NCBI GenBank assembly: GCA_964187785.1
Contig: OZ076409.1
Coordinates: 61,692,001-61,756,000 of the forward strand
Length of the DNA: 64,000 nucleotides
DNA from: Amphiscolops sp. MND2022
Taxonomy: Eukaryota
Reading direction: 5' to 3'
A model generated the notes under the pieces. The model saw only the letters and a program-made list of their open reading frames with translations. It searched no databases and was not told the origin of the DNA. Positions 26,801-41,800 of the stretch are shown here, one piece after another. Position numbers and translations under genes: made by a program. How positions within the stretch are numbered: position 1 is the stretch's first letter; each line of letters starts with the position of its first letter.

Positions 26801-29800
26801 TTGTTTGGATAATCCCACACCGAGAGCATCGATGCAGTCCTCCAGATCTCTCTGTTTGATATAGCCAGAGAAAGATCGGTCGAAGAAGGAGAATGCGAGC
26901 AACAACTGGGGGTAGACTGTTTTCGGCACTAATTTCTTCACCACCACTATATCCTCTTCCACTGGTTTAGACTCGCCAGCCGAATCCTTCGTATCTTTCT
27001 CTTTTGCGTCTTTTTCGTCGGCTTCTGAAAACACACATTACTCTTTGAACGCTGATAGAACATGCCGAGATATCACTCTGGTATAAGAATACAATTACAA
27101 GTAATCAATCCAAAATCAATAGACGGCGATTCGGGGACACAGCTAGCTGACACATGATAATACAGGTCTCCCTGAAAAACTGCCAAAAAAGGTACCAGGG
27201 CGAAAACACAAGAAAATTATTGCATGTGTGAATCGCATGATGACGCCTATTCTAGAAGTAATTATGTATATCGATTTAAAAACTCCGGAATTTTTTCGAC
27301 AAATTGGGAAAAAGTGTATGTGCATCGAAAAATTGAATTTGTGACTGTGAATCAAAATTCATTAAATTATGGCGGAGGGAAAATTTTTCACAGCTCTGTG
27401 GTAAAAGTCTGCTTCGTTTTGTTTTGCGTAATCCTCATTGCTCAATTCTGAAAACAGCCCTTCATCGCTTATAATTTACGGATAATGTCCGGTCCGGCCG
27501 GTATCCGGCTTCAATCAATCCTGTCCGGTTGTCCGGCCGGAGAGAAATTTTTCTGTCCGGTCAACCTCTACAAGAAAGTTTCAGGACATTTTTGATTGTT
27601 TTGCAAAATCAAACTAAGAGAAATCCACACGAATTCAGAGATTGTGAAAGTTTTGGTTGAAGTGAATTTCAAAATGCATTTGAATTGTTCATTGGATTTA
27701 ATCGGGGCAGGCGGAAGGTCGTATTTGTAACGAATTCCCGAAAGCCGAAGATTGGGGTGCCAGCGTTTTCATACGGGGACAAATAAAATATGATAATAAA
27801 TAATGAAATTATAAAATATGAACGTACATGTACACTTTATGTAACACGTTATACTGATTACACGTTATACGAGGCATTTAGTATACGACAAAAAACTGTC
27901 GAAGACCTGAAGAAACTTGATACAAAAAGTTTAAAAACTGACCGTCATCTGTGATTGGTTCAGCAGTTTCATCGATCAATGCCGCTTTGCTCTTCTGTGA
28001 GTCTTCGGTGACGTCAGACTTGAGCTTCTTTTTCGGAGGCGCAGCAGATCCATCTTCGTTTACATCATCATCGCCCTCTTCTTCACCTTCGAGCTTTTCA
28101 TCCCCATTTGCTGTTTCCATAGCTTCGTCATCTTGCTTTTCTTCGTCATCCTGAAACAATTATTCCTTCCACGTATAGAAATTCTCGAATTTTAGAAAAA
28201 AAAATACTTGTATCTGAATGTCCATTCTAATCAATTACAAAAATGCGGTTATAGGATTGGTTTTCATTGCAAAGAAATGGTCGATGCTATTTTTAAAATG
28301 CATGGAAGATAGACTCTTTGATCAAATCTGCCAATGAGAGGCCGGGCAGAAGTTCTCAATCCATCTACGGACTGAACATGCATCCATATAAAAAATGTTG
28401 TGATCCAGATAAAGCGAACCTTCATGCATTCATTTCTCAACTAAAATGATTTTACCCTCAGAATTGTTCTACCTGATTTCCTCTTTTTAGTCGGCGCTTC
28501 ATGGAGTGAAACGCGACTATTATAGTGACTTTTTTTCTATCCACACGAACTGACCAAAATAGTTCTTAAAAGTTCTACAAAATATTATTGCACCAAATTG
28601 CACCATTTGGCCTAGCGAACTGAACCAAAAAAGTTTTTCCTGTTTTTCCGCGTAACATACAATACCGGGCGAGACCAAAGGGTCCCCCTTTCAATTTTTT
28701 TCGCCACTGCGAGACTTTTTCGAAAAAATTCTCCCCAAAGGGTCCCCTTCAATTTTTTTTGCTGTTTTGCGTCAGAATGGATGTTGGAAAATCCCAAAGG
28801 GTCCCCCCTTTCAGTTTTTTCGGAACTGTGAGATTTTTTTTCCGAAAATAAAAATTTTCCCCTTCAATTTTTTGATGTTTTGCGACAGAATGGATGTTGA
28901 AAAACCCCAAAGGGTCCCCCTTTCAGTTTTTCGGCTTTGTGAGACTTTTTTTCTAAAATTTTTTTCTCTCCAAAGGGTCCCTCCTTCAATTTCTTTAATA
29001 TTTTACAACAGATTGGGTGTTTAAAAATCCCAAAGGGTCTCCCCTTCCAGTTTTTCGGCATTGTGAGATTTTTTTCGAAAATTTGTTTTTTCTCCAAAGG
29101 GTCCCCTTCAACTGCGACAAAAATGTTGACAATTTCGGAAGTGTCCCCCTTTTAGCGCGCCAGGGGCTCGCGCTAACGGGCCCCGGCGCGCCACTCGGTC
29201 CATTTTTTTGCTTTTTCGATTTTCGAGTACTGTAAATTGACTGTTGGAAGTCCTTTTGCTATTTTTGAGCATTGGAAATGGCGCCGACTTGGGCCGATCC
29301 CGGCTTGTTTCTATTCGTCTGGTGTCACCAAATCGAAGACAGCAAGAAATAAGTTAATACTCGTCTTTTTATTTTGGAATGTTTAGTTGTGATGGTGATT
29401 GGTTATTCCAGTTTCTTCATCTAATTTGATTCAAAATAATCAAATATTACTGACAATTTAAATAATCAGACTACTCAAGTGTATAAAAGTTCAGTGAAGG
29501 AAACTTACTCTACAGTTCCTATCAAGAGTGAAATTAGACGTGAAAGGGTTCCAATCGAAAGTCATCGACCATTGATGGGGGGTGTTCAAATTGCCTAGGT
29601 GTTTAAATTTTTTCTGATAACTTACAATTTCATACGTAATTTCACTACCAATTGCAAAATTTCGGATTTGATGACTTTTCAGTGTTGATTTAAAATACTT
29701 GAAAATCATCATAACTCGAACTCTACTTGATTATGCACCAGCATACTTTTCAATTTCGGAAAACCAACAGGAGGGGATTTTGGAGAGGGTTCCAAAATTC

Positions 29801-32800
29801 AGGGCTCAGAGACAGTATGAGGGGGGACCAGCGGAGTACATATCTGTGACAAACTTGACTTGACCCTCACAGTCACTGGAATCTCAATAAACGTCAAAGG
29901 AGTCGAATAGGTAAAGGTACTCACTTCAGCCTCTTCCTTCAGTTTGGCCGCTTCCTCCGCCTCACGCTTCAATCTTTCCTCCTAGAAACAAATTTCAGTC
30001 TTAATTATATCGACAAACTTCATTTGGACGTCAAAAAATTAAGCAAGCCATGAACGGTTTAAGACGGCGCCACGGTCCATTCGAGGTTCAAATGCGTTTT
30101 TGATTCCTCGCAAATTATAATATCTAACGTAGAAAAATTTAGCGAAGAAAGAAAAAATTCGACGAATGAATTAACAGGACGAGAACGTCTAAAGTCGGCT
30201 AAAAAAGCTCAAGTCGCTTAAATGTTACAAGGCTGTTTTCGAGAGACTTTCGGATAATCCGACAGTTTCGGATAACCGAAAAACATTCTCAAGAGGGGAC
30301 CGTTTGGGTGAAAAAAAAACGTTTAGGATTTGTTGACATGAATTTATTAAAGAGCCAAAATGGGTACGAATTGGCATTATAAAAAGTTTTCAAAAAGACC
30401 GAAAAACACTCAAATGGGGGCTCAAAACACTCATATGATTTTGCTGATCAAGTAAAAAGATGGAAAACTCAAAGAGGGACTTTTCGGGCTCTCTGGGTAC
30501 ACTTTATATCTTAGGCTTGAAGATTGTACAAAGAATAACAAGACGAAAACGTCTAGAGTAGGCGCTCAAAAAGCGCAAAGTTTCTAAATTATTCCCAGGA
30601 TTTTTATTAAAAACTCACAAATAAGTGCCGAAATCAAAGGTGCCTTGGTTTCAACTAAGCCGAATAAAAAGGGGACCATTCGATGTGAAGATTGTAATTC
30701 TGGAGCAAAAAACTGAAAAATCAGAAACGGGGGATTGCGTTTTAGTTGAAACGGTAAACGCTCCAACATTTCATTCCATATTCTGGTCGGTCTATGTGGT
30801 TAAATTTAGTCGACGTTTTCGATAGAACAAGTGATACATGGAAGACTCGAAAACCACTTTTCCCCCAACCGGAGACAACAAAACCTCTCAAAAAACTAAA
30901 AATTGAAAAAAAAATCCGAAAATTTTTTCCGAAAACATTTTATGAAGTCTCGGGTAAGTGCCAAAACCCCTAAGGAGTCCCCTATGCTCGCAAAACGTTT
31001 CGTTTCTAGTAAACATTGAGGGGTTTCGATAAAAGAAATTGGAAGAAAGGTCACATGGAAAAACCCGCTTAAAAAAACAAAATTCGGTTCTAGCGAGCTG
31101 AGAAAACTTCAAGACAGAAAATGGAAAAACCTCAATGTCAAAAATTGTAAAGAGGGGGGATTTGGGCTTTCTGAAAATCCTTTTGATGCGAAATATCAAA
31201 AAAATTGAAGGAGACCCTATGGAGACAAAAATTTTTCTGAAATGAAAAATGAGAAGTTGGAACAGTCTGATAGTGTAGGAAAATGTACAAGGGGGACCCT
31301 TTGGATTTTTTGAACATCCATTCGGTTGCAAAAAATCAAAAAAAAATTGGAGGGGGGACCCTTTGGGAAAATTGTTTCCGAAAAAAGTCTCACAATGCCG
31401 AAAAAAATTGAAAAGGGGGACCCTTTAGTCTCTCCTGGTATTGTATGTTACCATGCGTTAGGCTAAAAAATGCGAAAAGGAAGTCTCACAAAGCCAAAAT
31501 AACATGCACAAAAAATTTTGGTCAAGTGCGAGACTCGAACCTACGCCCTTCTGCTTCGCCTGATTAACCTCAGTGCCAAGTGGCAGTAGAAGTTACAAGT
31601 TTAGTGTGGCAGTTGCAGTAGGTAGAAGCAACCGCTTGTAAAGCTTATAAAATCTGTCACTTCGTCGGTCTTGAAAAAATTTTAACAAGACGGGAACGGC
31701 CCAAGTCGGCGCCATATCTAAGGCTCAAAAATAGCAAAAGGACTTCAAAGTGTCAAGTATTCTCTTCTACAGTACCCGCATGAGGAAAAAATTGAAAAAA
31801 TCGATTTTTTTCATTTTTTTTGGTCCCCGGGAAGTCGCATAGTGCCGAAAAATGTAAAAGGGGACCTCAAAAAAGCCTAATTAACCTCTATCTCAAGTGC
31901 CAGTAGAAGTAGTGTGGCATTTCGTGTTAATTCAAGCCAGCTTATAAAGCTTATAAAATCTGTCACTTCGTTGGTCTTAAAAAAAAAAGAAAAGACTACT
32001 ATAGTCTGCGTTTTTCTACGAAAAGCGCCGACTAAAAAAACCAGTGCAATAGTCGTCCTTTTCTACGAAAGCACCGACTAAAAAGTCAACTACTGTAGTG
32101 GCTTTCTTAAGACCAGCGAACTGACAGATTTCTATATGCATTTTTAGTCGGCACTTTTCTAGTGAAAAGAGCCCGACTATTACAGTGCTAGTTTTTTTTC
32201 GTCAGACTACAATCTCACTCTGATTGGGCCACTTTTCTTACAATCGAAACTACTAAAACTACTACCATAAGGCCAAGTCCGGTCAGCGGAAATTAGTGCA
32301 AAAGGGTCCCCCTTTCATTTTTTACTTTTTTAACGTAACCTACAAAACCGGACGAGACTAAAGGGCCCCCCTTTCGATTTTTTTCGGCATTGTGCGACTT
32401 TTTTCGAAATTTTTTTAAGGTCACAAAAGAGTCCCCCTTTCGAGTTTTTTGATATTTTGCAACAGAATATATGTTAATAAAGCCCAAAGGGTCCCGCTTT
32501 TACAATTTTCGGCACTATGCGACATTTTCTGGAAGAAAAAATTCAAAAATTTTATAAAAAAGTCTTTTGCGCTTTTTGAGCCTTAGATATAGCGCCGACT
32601 TTAGACGTTCCCGTCTTGTTTTTAGTCGGCGCCTTTTCCTTTAAGGAAAAAAGCCCGACTATTACAGTGGCTAGTTTTTTTTTTCGTCAGACCACAGAGC
32701 TCATCGCGTATGTACCACTTTTTACAGAAACTGATAAGACTACTCAGGCCAAGTCAGGCCAATGGAAACTTAGTGCAAAGGATCCCCCTTTCACTTTTTA

Positions 32801-35800
32801 CCTTTTTTACGTAACCTACAAAACCGGAAGAGACCAAAGGGTCCACCCTTTCAATTTTTTTCGGCACAGTGCGAAATTTTTTTCGAAAATTTTTTAAGGT
32901 CTCAAAAGAGTCCCCACTTCGAGTTTTTTGAAATTTTGCAACAGAATGTATGTTAATGAATCCCAAAGGGTCCCCCCTTTTCATTTTTCGGCACTATGCG
33001 ACATTTTCGAAGTTTTTTTCAAAAAAAAATTTTCAAAAAAAAATTCAAATTTTGTTTCCAGTCGGGAAACAGTGATTTTCCAGTCATATCGAGCATGAAA
33101 GGCACACTTTGGGTGTCTCGAAAGTGTTTTCAAAGCTTTTCATGAATACGTCTTGAGCATATTCAGAAAACTTTGCGCTTCTTGAGCCTTAGATATAGCG
33201 CCGACTTTAGACGTTCCCGTCTTGTTTCTTTTTTTTTCGTCAGACCACAGACCTCATCGTGTATGTACCACTTTTTACAGACTTCATTCGTTCACGTGTA
33301 CTCGTCAGTACAGTCTTTACTCGGTTTACGGTGAACCCCGCGGTCACGGGTTCGAGTCCTTGCCTTAGCCAGAAACTTTTTCGAGCAATTTTTTCGGCAC
33401 TGTGCGACTTTTTTTCCGATTTTTTCGCCTTCAAAAGGTCCCACCTTCAAGTTTTTTTTGATATTTTGCAGCAAACTAAAGTGCCAAAAAGCCCAAAGGG
33501 TCTCCCTTTTTATGTATTTCGGCAATATGAGACTGTTCAAAAATCTCATTTTTCGTTTTTTTTTTGAAAATTAAAAAAAATTCGAAACTTTTTTTCTCCA
33601 AAAGGTCTCCCTTCAATTTATTTGATATTTTGCAACAAACTGGATTTTCAAAAAACCCGAAGGGTCTCGCGTTTACAGGTTTAAAAACTGCGCTTTTTGA
33701 GCCTCAGATATATCGCCGACTTTAGACGTTTCCGTCTTGTTCTAAGTCAAGTTAATAACTGGCTCCCGCCACTTGGTCTAACGATTGCCGCGGGTCAGAG
33801 TTAGTAGCTGGGAATCAGTTTGCATGGGTTCGAACCCTGCGCTGGACCACAATCTTGTAATGCTTGCAAAAGTAAAGGGGAGACCAGTAAGTACCCTCTG
33901 TGGTCCTGTAAATAATGCCTTTACAATTCGAAGAAAAGCCGAAATGTAAAAAGTTTGTATTGACTTTTGATATCTCACGACTGATCAAAAATAAAATTGA
34001 AACACGCTTGAATCCCCCACACCAATTGTTACACGTATTTTGCCATTGAAATCTCATTGCTTCCATTCAATAAAATAGCATATTAGTACAGATGAGTGAC
34101 CAGACCTTACGCCCAACGACACTATGCCCAAAGCGGACATTACACCCAATTTTTATGGGGACGGTGAATAACGTCCAAGGAAGGCAATCGTGATCTGCCA
34201 CGGCCACAAACTTCTAGTGCCCTAAACGCAGGAGCGAAGCGAAGCCATGCGCCATTGCCGATTTATCGGCTGGTTTTGACGAAGGCTCGACTGGAGGGGC
34301 GCGAAGCGTCCCGGGAGAAGGAAGCCCGAATCATACAACAAATTTTTCAAATTATTGGGCGTAATGTCCTTGGGCATTCAACAAATTCAACAATAGCAAG
34401 CGAGTCTTGATCGGAAAGATGTCACGACTAGCATATAACGTTCTATTGCCTCATGCCATTTTGCGGAGATTATTCTAAACTTCATCTTGGCTAGAAATGT
34501 TGCTGCCAAATCAAACTGTCAAATAATTACAAGACCAACGAAACGTGATGGGTGTGAAATTTAGTGAACCATGAAAATAGGAATCTTTAACGCTGCTGGG
34601 CCTTCAAAAAACTTTCTAATAGTTTGCTTTTTCGTCCAAGGAGAGTCTCCGAGAAATAGAAATACATAAGGCAAGAAGACATGGTTCGCGTATTTGAATC
34701 TAAAACGTATAACTTCCATCGAAATTCGTATTAGCATCAAAAAATGATAGAGGGTACCGAACAATTCGAAAAAAAAATCATTTTCGTTTTTATGTTCATG
34801 CTCATTAAACTAATTTTTTGCCGCAAATATTTACACACTGCGTGTCCCGGTAAACGAATGGGCTGACAAAAATTGGTGAGAAACTTTATGTTTCTGTGCT
34901 AATTTCTGTTTGTCCTCAATATACTCTGCTAGGTACAGTTGAATTCGCCTAATTCGTATCGCCAGGGACCAAATAAAACAGTAGGAATGAGAAATACGAA
35001 TTAACCGGATGATATTACAATTTGATTGTCGTGGGAGTTTCCGATACATAGCAATTAAACGAACATCCGAATTATCCCGTAGGGAACAATGAAAAGGCAT
35101 CTTTCTTGAAACTTAGGTTGCCTTTTCTATTCTGCCTCTTACGTTCTTTGCAGCCTCACTCTTGAAAGAGTCTCTTCTATTCCTTGAACCTTTTCTACGA
35201 ATGCAAATCAAGCAATGAAAACTTAGCATTTCAAACTTTACCTCTTCTTGTTTGGCCTTTCTGACAGCCTCTTCCTCTTCTCGTTTCTTCTTCTCTTCCA
35301 ATTCTTTCCTCTTCCTCTCGACCTCGGGGTCCTTGGCGTGTTCCAGGGCCCTATAGATCTCATAGCAGAAGTCCCGCTGTAGCATCTCGTACATACTCTC
35401 CGCAAACACTTCAAGCTGAGAAACAAACCAAACTCGCAATTCATTTACTCGTACATTGGCTGATAAAATGGAGTTCAAAAGTATATTCAACTCGAAGCTA
35501 TAAATTTATTTTAAAAACTATATGCACATCTTCCTATGTAAATATTATCCGAAAAACAGTTATGCTTATTGTAGTTCACGTCATGAAAAAATGCAATAAA
35601 ATGTCAAAATCTAAGTTGAAACCTATGCCAAAATATCTTCCATCAAAAATTCAAAATATTGGTTGCATTCTTGGCAGTTGCTTCTTAAATGTATAGTCCC
35701 ATAGATTTCAACCAGACACCATTAAACATATGCGCTTGGATTATATGTTATTTCAACACTAACAGTGAATGCATCTTCCTTGGATTCTGCATAAACTTTG

Positions 35801-38800
35801 TCCAAGAGGGAGCTGAACGAGACATCTCTGTACTTGACTGAATCAGAGGAGCTGCTTGGGTCATTGTCCTGAGGGTGCACTATGATGTGAGGGGTGTCGG
35901 GCAACTCGTACATCTTTCTGATCTCAGCCTGCTTCTCTTTTCGCTCCTTCTCCTTCCGCTCCTGCTCTTCTTTTTCCTTGCGTTCCTAAATACAAGCACA
36001 GCTCAATTAACACTTGAAAAAAGGAAAACATGAAACTATGGAAGCTTGATATAGTGGAAGCAGTGATACTACTGTATTTAACGCAAAGGCGAAATTCAAT
36101 ATCGGGCGATAATAAACTGCGTCTAGATTTCATCGATTAACAAAGTCTAATTTATTCCAAACATCTAAATCTTTTCTTAGACAACAAAAAATATTATTAA
36201 TGATGCTTTTCCAAAACTATGGAGTTTAGGTTTTTAAATTTGTGGTGGTTATTGTAACCAGAGCCGCATGTGTGGTAAGGAGTCGGCTTAGGTCTTTTTT
36301 CTTCTGACGCGCTCGAATCCCAGTCATATGATTTTGATGCCCTTGCACATGTAGGACCATAATATGGTTTAGAATGACTGTACAAAATTTCCTTCGAATC
36401 GTAAGGGCAGTGTTTGCGAAAATTGAAAAAAGTTGAAAAATGGCTGTTTTTGGCCATTTTTAGTCGGCGCTTCATGAAGTGAAAAGCGACTATTATAGTG
36501 ACTTTTTTTCTTTTTTTCAATCCACACGAACTGACCAAAATAGTTCTTGAAAGTTCTACGAAATATTATGGTGCCAAATTGAAACATTTGGCTTAGCGAA
36601 CTGAACCAAAAAGGTTTTTTGTTTTTCCGCGTAACATACAATACCAGGAGAGACTAAAGGGTCCCCCATTTCAAATTTTTTCCGCATTGTGAGACTTTTT
36701 TTCGAAAAAAAAATTATCATGAAAGGGTCCCCCCAGTAGTTAAGATTTCAGCCGGCCTTTCAACGGGGGGGGTCCTCGGTTTTCACGGGGTGGGTCCTTG
36801 CTCTGAAATTTTAGGACCTATCCCTAAAAGGAAGGGGTCCTTCCAAATTGGTGTTCGGAATTGATTCGGCTTTTGACTACGAAAGTAAATTATTGGTCGG
36901 ATTCTTTTTGTATTCGTTTTTGGAATCGGATTTTTGCGAAAGTACATGTAAAAGCGTAGACATTCTTGTTTGTTCTTTGAATGTCTGAAATTTGGAAAGT
37001 ACTAACCTTGAAATTTTGTTGTAATTGAATTGTAAAGCTGGATTGACTAATACTGCTAAAACTTTCTTGTAATTAAAGGCAGTGGTATTTCCAACTTTCT
37101 TATCTGTATGTACGCTTTATATGCGTTTCTCCAAATGTAGTGGTGGCGGTGTTCTTATTTCTACCTGGAAATTATCACTTGAAATAGTTGTTTTCCACGA
37201 AAATATTTCGAAAATATGTGAAATTATAAAGTTCATGTAGGAAAAGCATAGACATTCTTACTATTTGCTTGAATGTCTTAAATGTTTGCAAGAACTAACC
37301 TTGACATTTTGGTGTAAGTCGAATCTGAGCGGTGGTGGAATAACTAACACTTTCAAGTTCGAACAAGCTGTACAAAACTTTCCAAACATGGTATCAACTA
37401 TTGAAAGGTATTATTCCTTATTTGCAACGGTGGTTAGCTTGGAGGAATGTTAATATTACAATCAATGTCAGCAAGTGTTGTTTGGTAGTTGGAAAGAGCT
37501 CTACTTGACTGAAATACTGGCTGTGAAATTTTCTTCAATTCCTTCCAAATTTAGCAAAGGTCTAATTTTGATGTTTCACCAAAACGGTGTTACTTCTTTT
37601 CTTCGCCTTAATTGCAACTGGTATTTCTCATTGTGAAACACTTGTTAAAAGGAAGCATTTGCGAACATTCACCAGTTTATGGGTAAATACGATTTTACTT
37701 TACGATATTGGTATTACTAATTGTCATTTTTCAAGCAAAGAATTCTATAAAAATGGTACTAAATTTTGTCATCAAAGTCCGTAGCTGAAATCAATGAATC
37801 ATTCTTCAAATATCTGTTGAAAACTGGCAATTTCTAAGGTAAGTGTGATTTCTTTTGAAGTTATATCAACAATGAAAAAAAGGTTAGATCATTTTTCAAA
37901 CCAAAACCAAATAAATACAAAACCTGCATTATCAACAAAATTGTATCAAGTCATTAGTTTTTGTTGAACAACTGCATAGTATACTTGATCAACCCATATT
38001 CGCTCTGCATTTTTGTTGTTAGATCAAAGCATAGGTCCCGTATTGCGTTTTGATATCGATCAACGGCATCTCCGTCAACATAATACTGTAACGGAGAGAC
38101 TATGCTCGGAGAATTGAACCGTGGTATGACAAAAATCCATTTGTCCTTGATAGTTGGTAGACGGAGTGAAAATTCAGTTTGTTCCGACAAAACTACCTTC
38201 CAAAGACAGACATTGCATTTAACCATTTCTTGAAAATATTTTATGTAGAAGTCCGGGGACCCACATAAGAAAATTATATAAAACCAGAAACAAATGGTAA
38301 CCAGTTTAATGTTTTTATGAATGGAACTAGGAAAATTGCTAATGTTTCATTCCGGTTGTATTTTTTACTGAAACCGTTGTAAATAATCATAGTGGGAAAA
38401 TTTCAAGCTTGTTAACCTCAATCCTTGCTCAACGAGTGTTGTTTCGATCTAATTTTTTCCTGCTCCAAGAGTTGTTGGTTTTACATTTATAGCTTCCATT
38501 GCTCCTTGCACAATAGCCAATTGATCATTTTTCATATGAGAACCAAACATTTTGGTGTTATAGTCATTGAATTTGCTCTTTTGTGATTTTTTTTGGTTCT
38601 AATTCCAAAGGTTAAGTGATTTGAATGAAGAAATGAAAGAACCGAGTGAATTGTTTTTTAGTAAAGTTTCTTTGAATCTCTTCTTTGTCAAAATTCTCCT
38701 TGAATGAATATCAATGTTTCGCTAACGCCCTGGGGAAAAGCTTACCTTCAAACTCTGGATATACTGAATTACTTGTATATTGTCTTTTATGGTAGTCCAG

Positions 38801-41800
38801 CCGCCAAGTTTTCCTGGGAAAATTTACACACCTTTATTCAGCTAGCCTCTTTCAATTGTAGTTACCTGATTAATCATTTCAACCCTCGATTATTTAGGGG
38901 CTGAGTCATTTTGAGTTTTGTTCAATCAATCCTCCTTTAAAGAAGGGAAATGCTATTTTCCTTTGAAAAAAATGAATATTTTAGGAGACCTCCGTTTTCA
39001 AAATTCATTTTTCCAAAATCGTCTTGCGCATCTACACACCAATTTTGAGCTCGATCGGACCAGCCGTTTTCGAGAAAAAATGACCTTTTTTGCTAAAAAT
39101 CGACCAATTTGAAAAATGTGAATCGGATCAATTATCTTGGCATTGGAGGTTGCCAGAGTCCAACGGACGGTACCAATCGATTCGGCGCACTCTTTACTGC
39201 AAAAAGGTGTTATTTTTAAGGTTTCATCTTTTTTATTTCTTGAAAAATGATCCATTTTTTCATGAAAAAGTGTCAAAAAGTTGTTTTAAAAATTGTCCAT
39301 TTTCTCGTAAACTACGCGACTTTTGTTATTCACTCTTATAGTCAAGACTTGTGAAATTTTCCAAAGTTGACTCTTTGAGAATGTTAATTTCACATCAAAA
39401 CGTTTCTACTTTACATTGTTTTTCCTCTCTTTGAGGGGAGGGCCTTGGTAATTTTCTTTGAAAAAATGAATATTTTATGGACCCTCCCTTTTCAAAATTC
39501 ATTTTTCCAAAATCGTCTCGCGCATCTACACACCAATTTTGAGCTCGATCGGACCAGCCGTTTTCGAGAAAAATGACCTTTTTTGCTAAAAATCGACCAT
39601 TTTGAAAAATGTAAATCGGATCAATTATCTTGACATTGGAGGTTGCCAGAGTCCAACGGACGGTACCAATCGATTCGGCGCACTCTTTACTGCAAAAAGG
39701 TGTTATTTTTAAGATTCCATCTTTTTTATTTCTTGAAAAATGATCCATTTTTTCATGAAAAAGTGACAAAAAGTTGTTTTAAAAATTGTCCATTTTCTCG
39801 TAAACTACGCGACTTTTGTTATTCACTCCTATAGTCAAGACTTGTGTAATTTTCCAAAGTTGACTCTTTGAGAATGTTAATTTCACACCAAAACGTTTCT
39901 ACTTTACATTGTTTTTCCTCTCTTTGAGGGGAGGGCCTTGGCAATTTTCTTTGAAAAAATGAATATTTTATGGACCCTCCCTTTTCAAAATTCATTTTTC
40001 CAAAATCGTCTCGCGCATCTACACACCAATTTTGAGCTCGATCGGACCAGCCGTTTTCGAGAAAAATGACCTTTTTTGCTAAAAATCGACCATTTTGAAA
40101 AATGTTAATCGGGTCAATTATCTCGACATTGGAGGTTGCCAGAGTCCAACGGACGGTACCAATCGATTCGGCGCACTCTTTACTGCAAAAAGGTGTTATT
40201 TTTAAGATTCCATCTTTTTTATTTCTTGAAAAATGATCCATTTTTTCATGAAAAAGTGACAAAAAGTTGTTTTAAAAATTGTTCATTTTCTCGTAAACTA
40301 CGCGACTTTTGTTATTCACTCCTATAGTCAAGACTTGTGTAATTTTCCAAAGTTGACTCTTTGAGAATGTTAATTTCACACCAAAACGTTTGTACTTTAC
40401 ATTGTTTTTCCTCTCTTTGAGGGGAGAGCCTTGGCAATTTTCTTTGAAAAAATGAATATTTTATGGACCCTCCCTTTTCAAAATTCATTTTTCCAAAATC
40501 GTCTCGCGCATCTACACACCAATTTTGAGCTCGATCGGACCAGCCGTTTTCGAGAAAAATGACCTTTTTTGCTAAAAATCGACCATTTTGAAAAATGTTA
40601 ATCGGGTCAATTATCTCGACATTGGAGGTTGCCAGAGTCCAACGGACGGTACCAATCGATTCGGCGCGCTCTTCACTGTAAAAAGGTGTTATTTTTAAGG
40701 TTCCATCTTTTTTATTTCTTGAAAAATGATCCATTTTTTCATGAAAAAGTAACAAAAAGTTGTTTTAAAAATTGTCCATTTTCTCGTAAACTACGCAACT
40801 TTTGTTATTCACTCCTATAGTCAAGACTTGTGAAATTTTCCAAAGTTGACTCTTTGAGAATGTTAATTTCACACCAAAACGTTTCTACTTTACATTGTTT
40901 TTCCTCTCTTTGAGGGGAGGGCCTTGGCAAATTTCTTTGAAAAAATGAATATTTTATGGACCCTCCCTTTTCAAAATTCATTTTTCCAAAATCGTCTCGC
41001 GCATCTACACAGCAATTTTGAGCTCGATCGGACCAGCCGTTTTCGAGAAAAATGACCTTTTTTGCTAAAAATCGACCATTTTGAAAAATGTAAATCGGAT
41101 CAATTATCTTGACATTGGAGGTTGCCAGAGTCCAACGGACGGTACCAATCGATTCGGCGCACTCTTTACTGCAAAAAGGTGTTATTTTTAAGGTTTCATC
41201 TTTTTTATTTCTTGAAAAATGATCCATTTTTTCATGAAAAAGTGTCAAAAAGTTGTTTTAAAAATTGTCCATTTTCTCGTAAACTACGCGACTTTTGTTA
41301 TTCACTCCTATAGTCAAGACTTGTGTAATTTTCCAAAGTTGACTCTTTGAGAATGTTAATTTCACACCAAAACGTTTCTACTTTACATTGTTTTTCCTCT
41401 CTTTGAGGGGAGGGCCTTGGCAATTTTCTTTGAAAAAATGAATATTTTATGGACCCCCCCCTTTTCAAAATTAATTTTTCCAAAATCGTCTCGCGCATTT
41501 ACACAGCAATTTTGAGCTCGATCGGACCAGCCGTTTTCGAGAAAAATGACCTTTTTTGCTAAAAATCGACCATTTTGAAAAATGTAAATCGGATCAATTA
41601 TCTTGACATTGGAGGTTGCCAGAGTCCAACGGACGGTACCAATCGATTCGGCGCACTCTTTACTGCAAAAAGGTGTTATTTTTAAGGTTTCATCTTTTTT
41701 ATTTCTTGAAAAATGATCCATTTTTTTCATGAAAAAGTGTCAAAAAGTTGTTTTAAAAATTGTCCATTTTCTCGTAAACTACGCGACTTTTGTTATTCAC

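Larger units (their letters stand above)
34326..36734 (+). repeat. Segmental duplication, copy A
   Basis: Near-identical to 51218-53885. Confidence 0.95.

Noticed and set aside
33775..33850. Functional tRNA gene
   Set aside because: Only the T arm and partial acceptor pairing are convincing; treated as SINE-like.
35242..35985. Second, separate CCAR1 paralogue gene
   Set aside because: Only exons 14-15 are duplicated; all other exons are single-copy and collinear.
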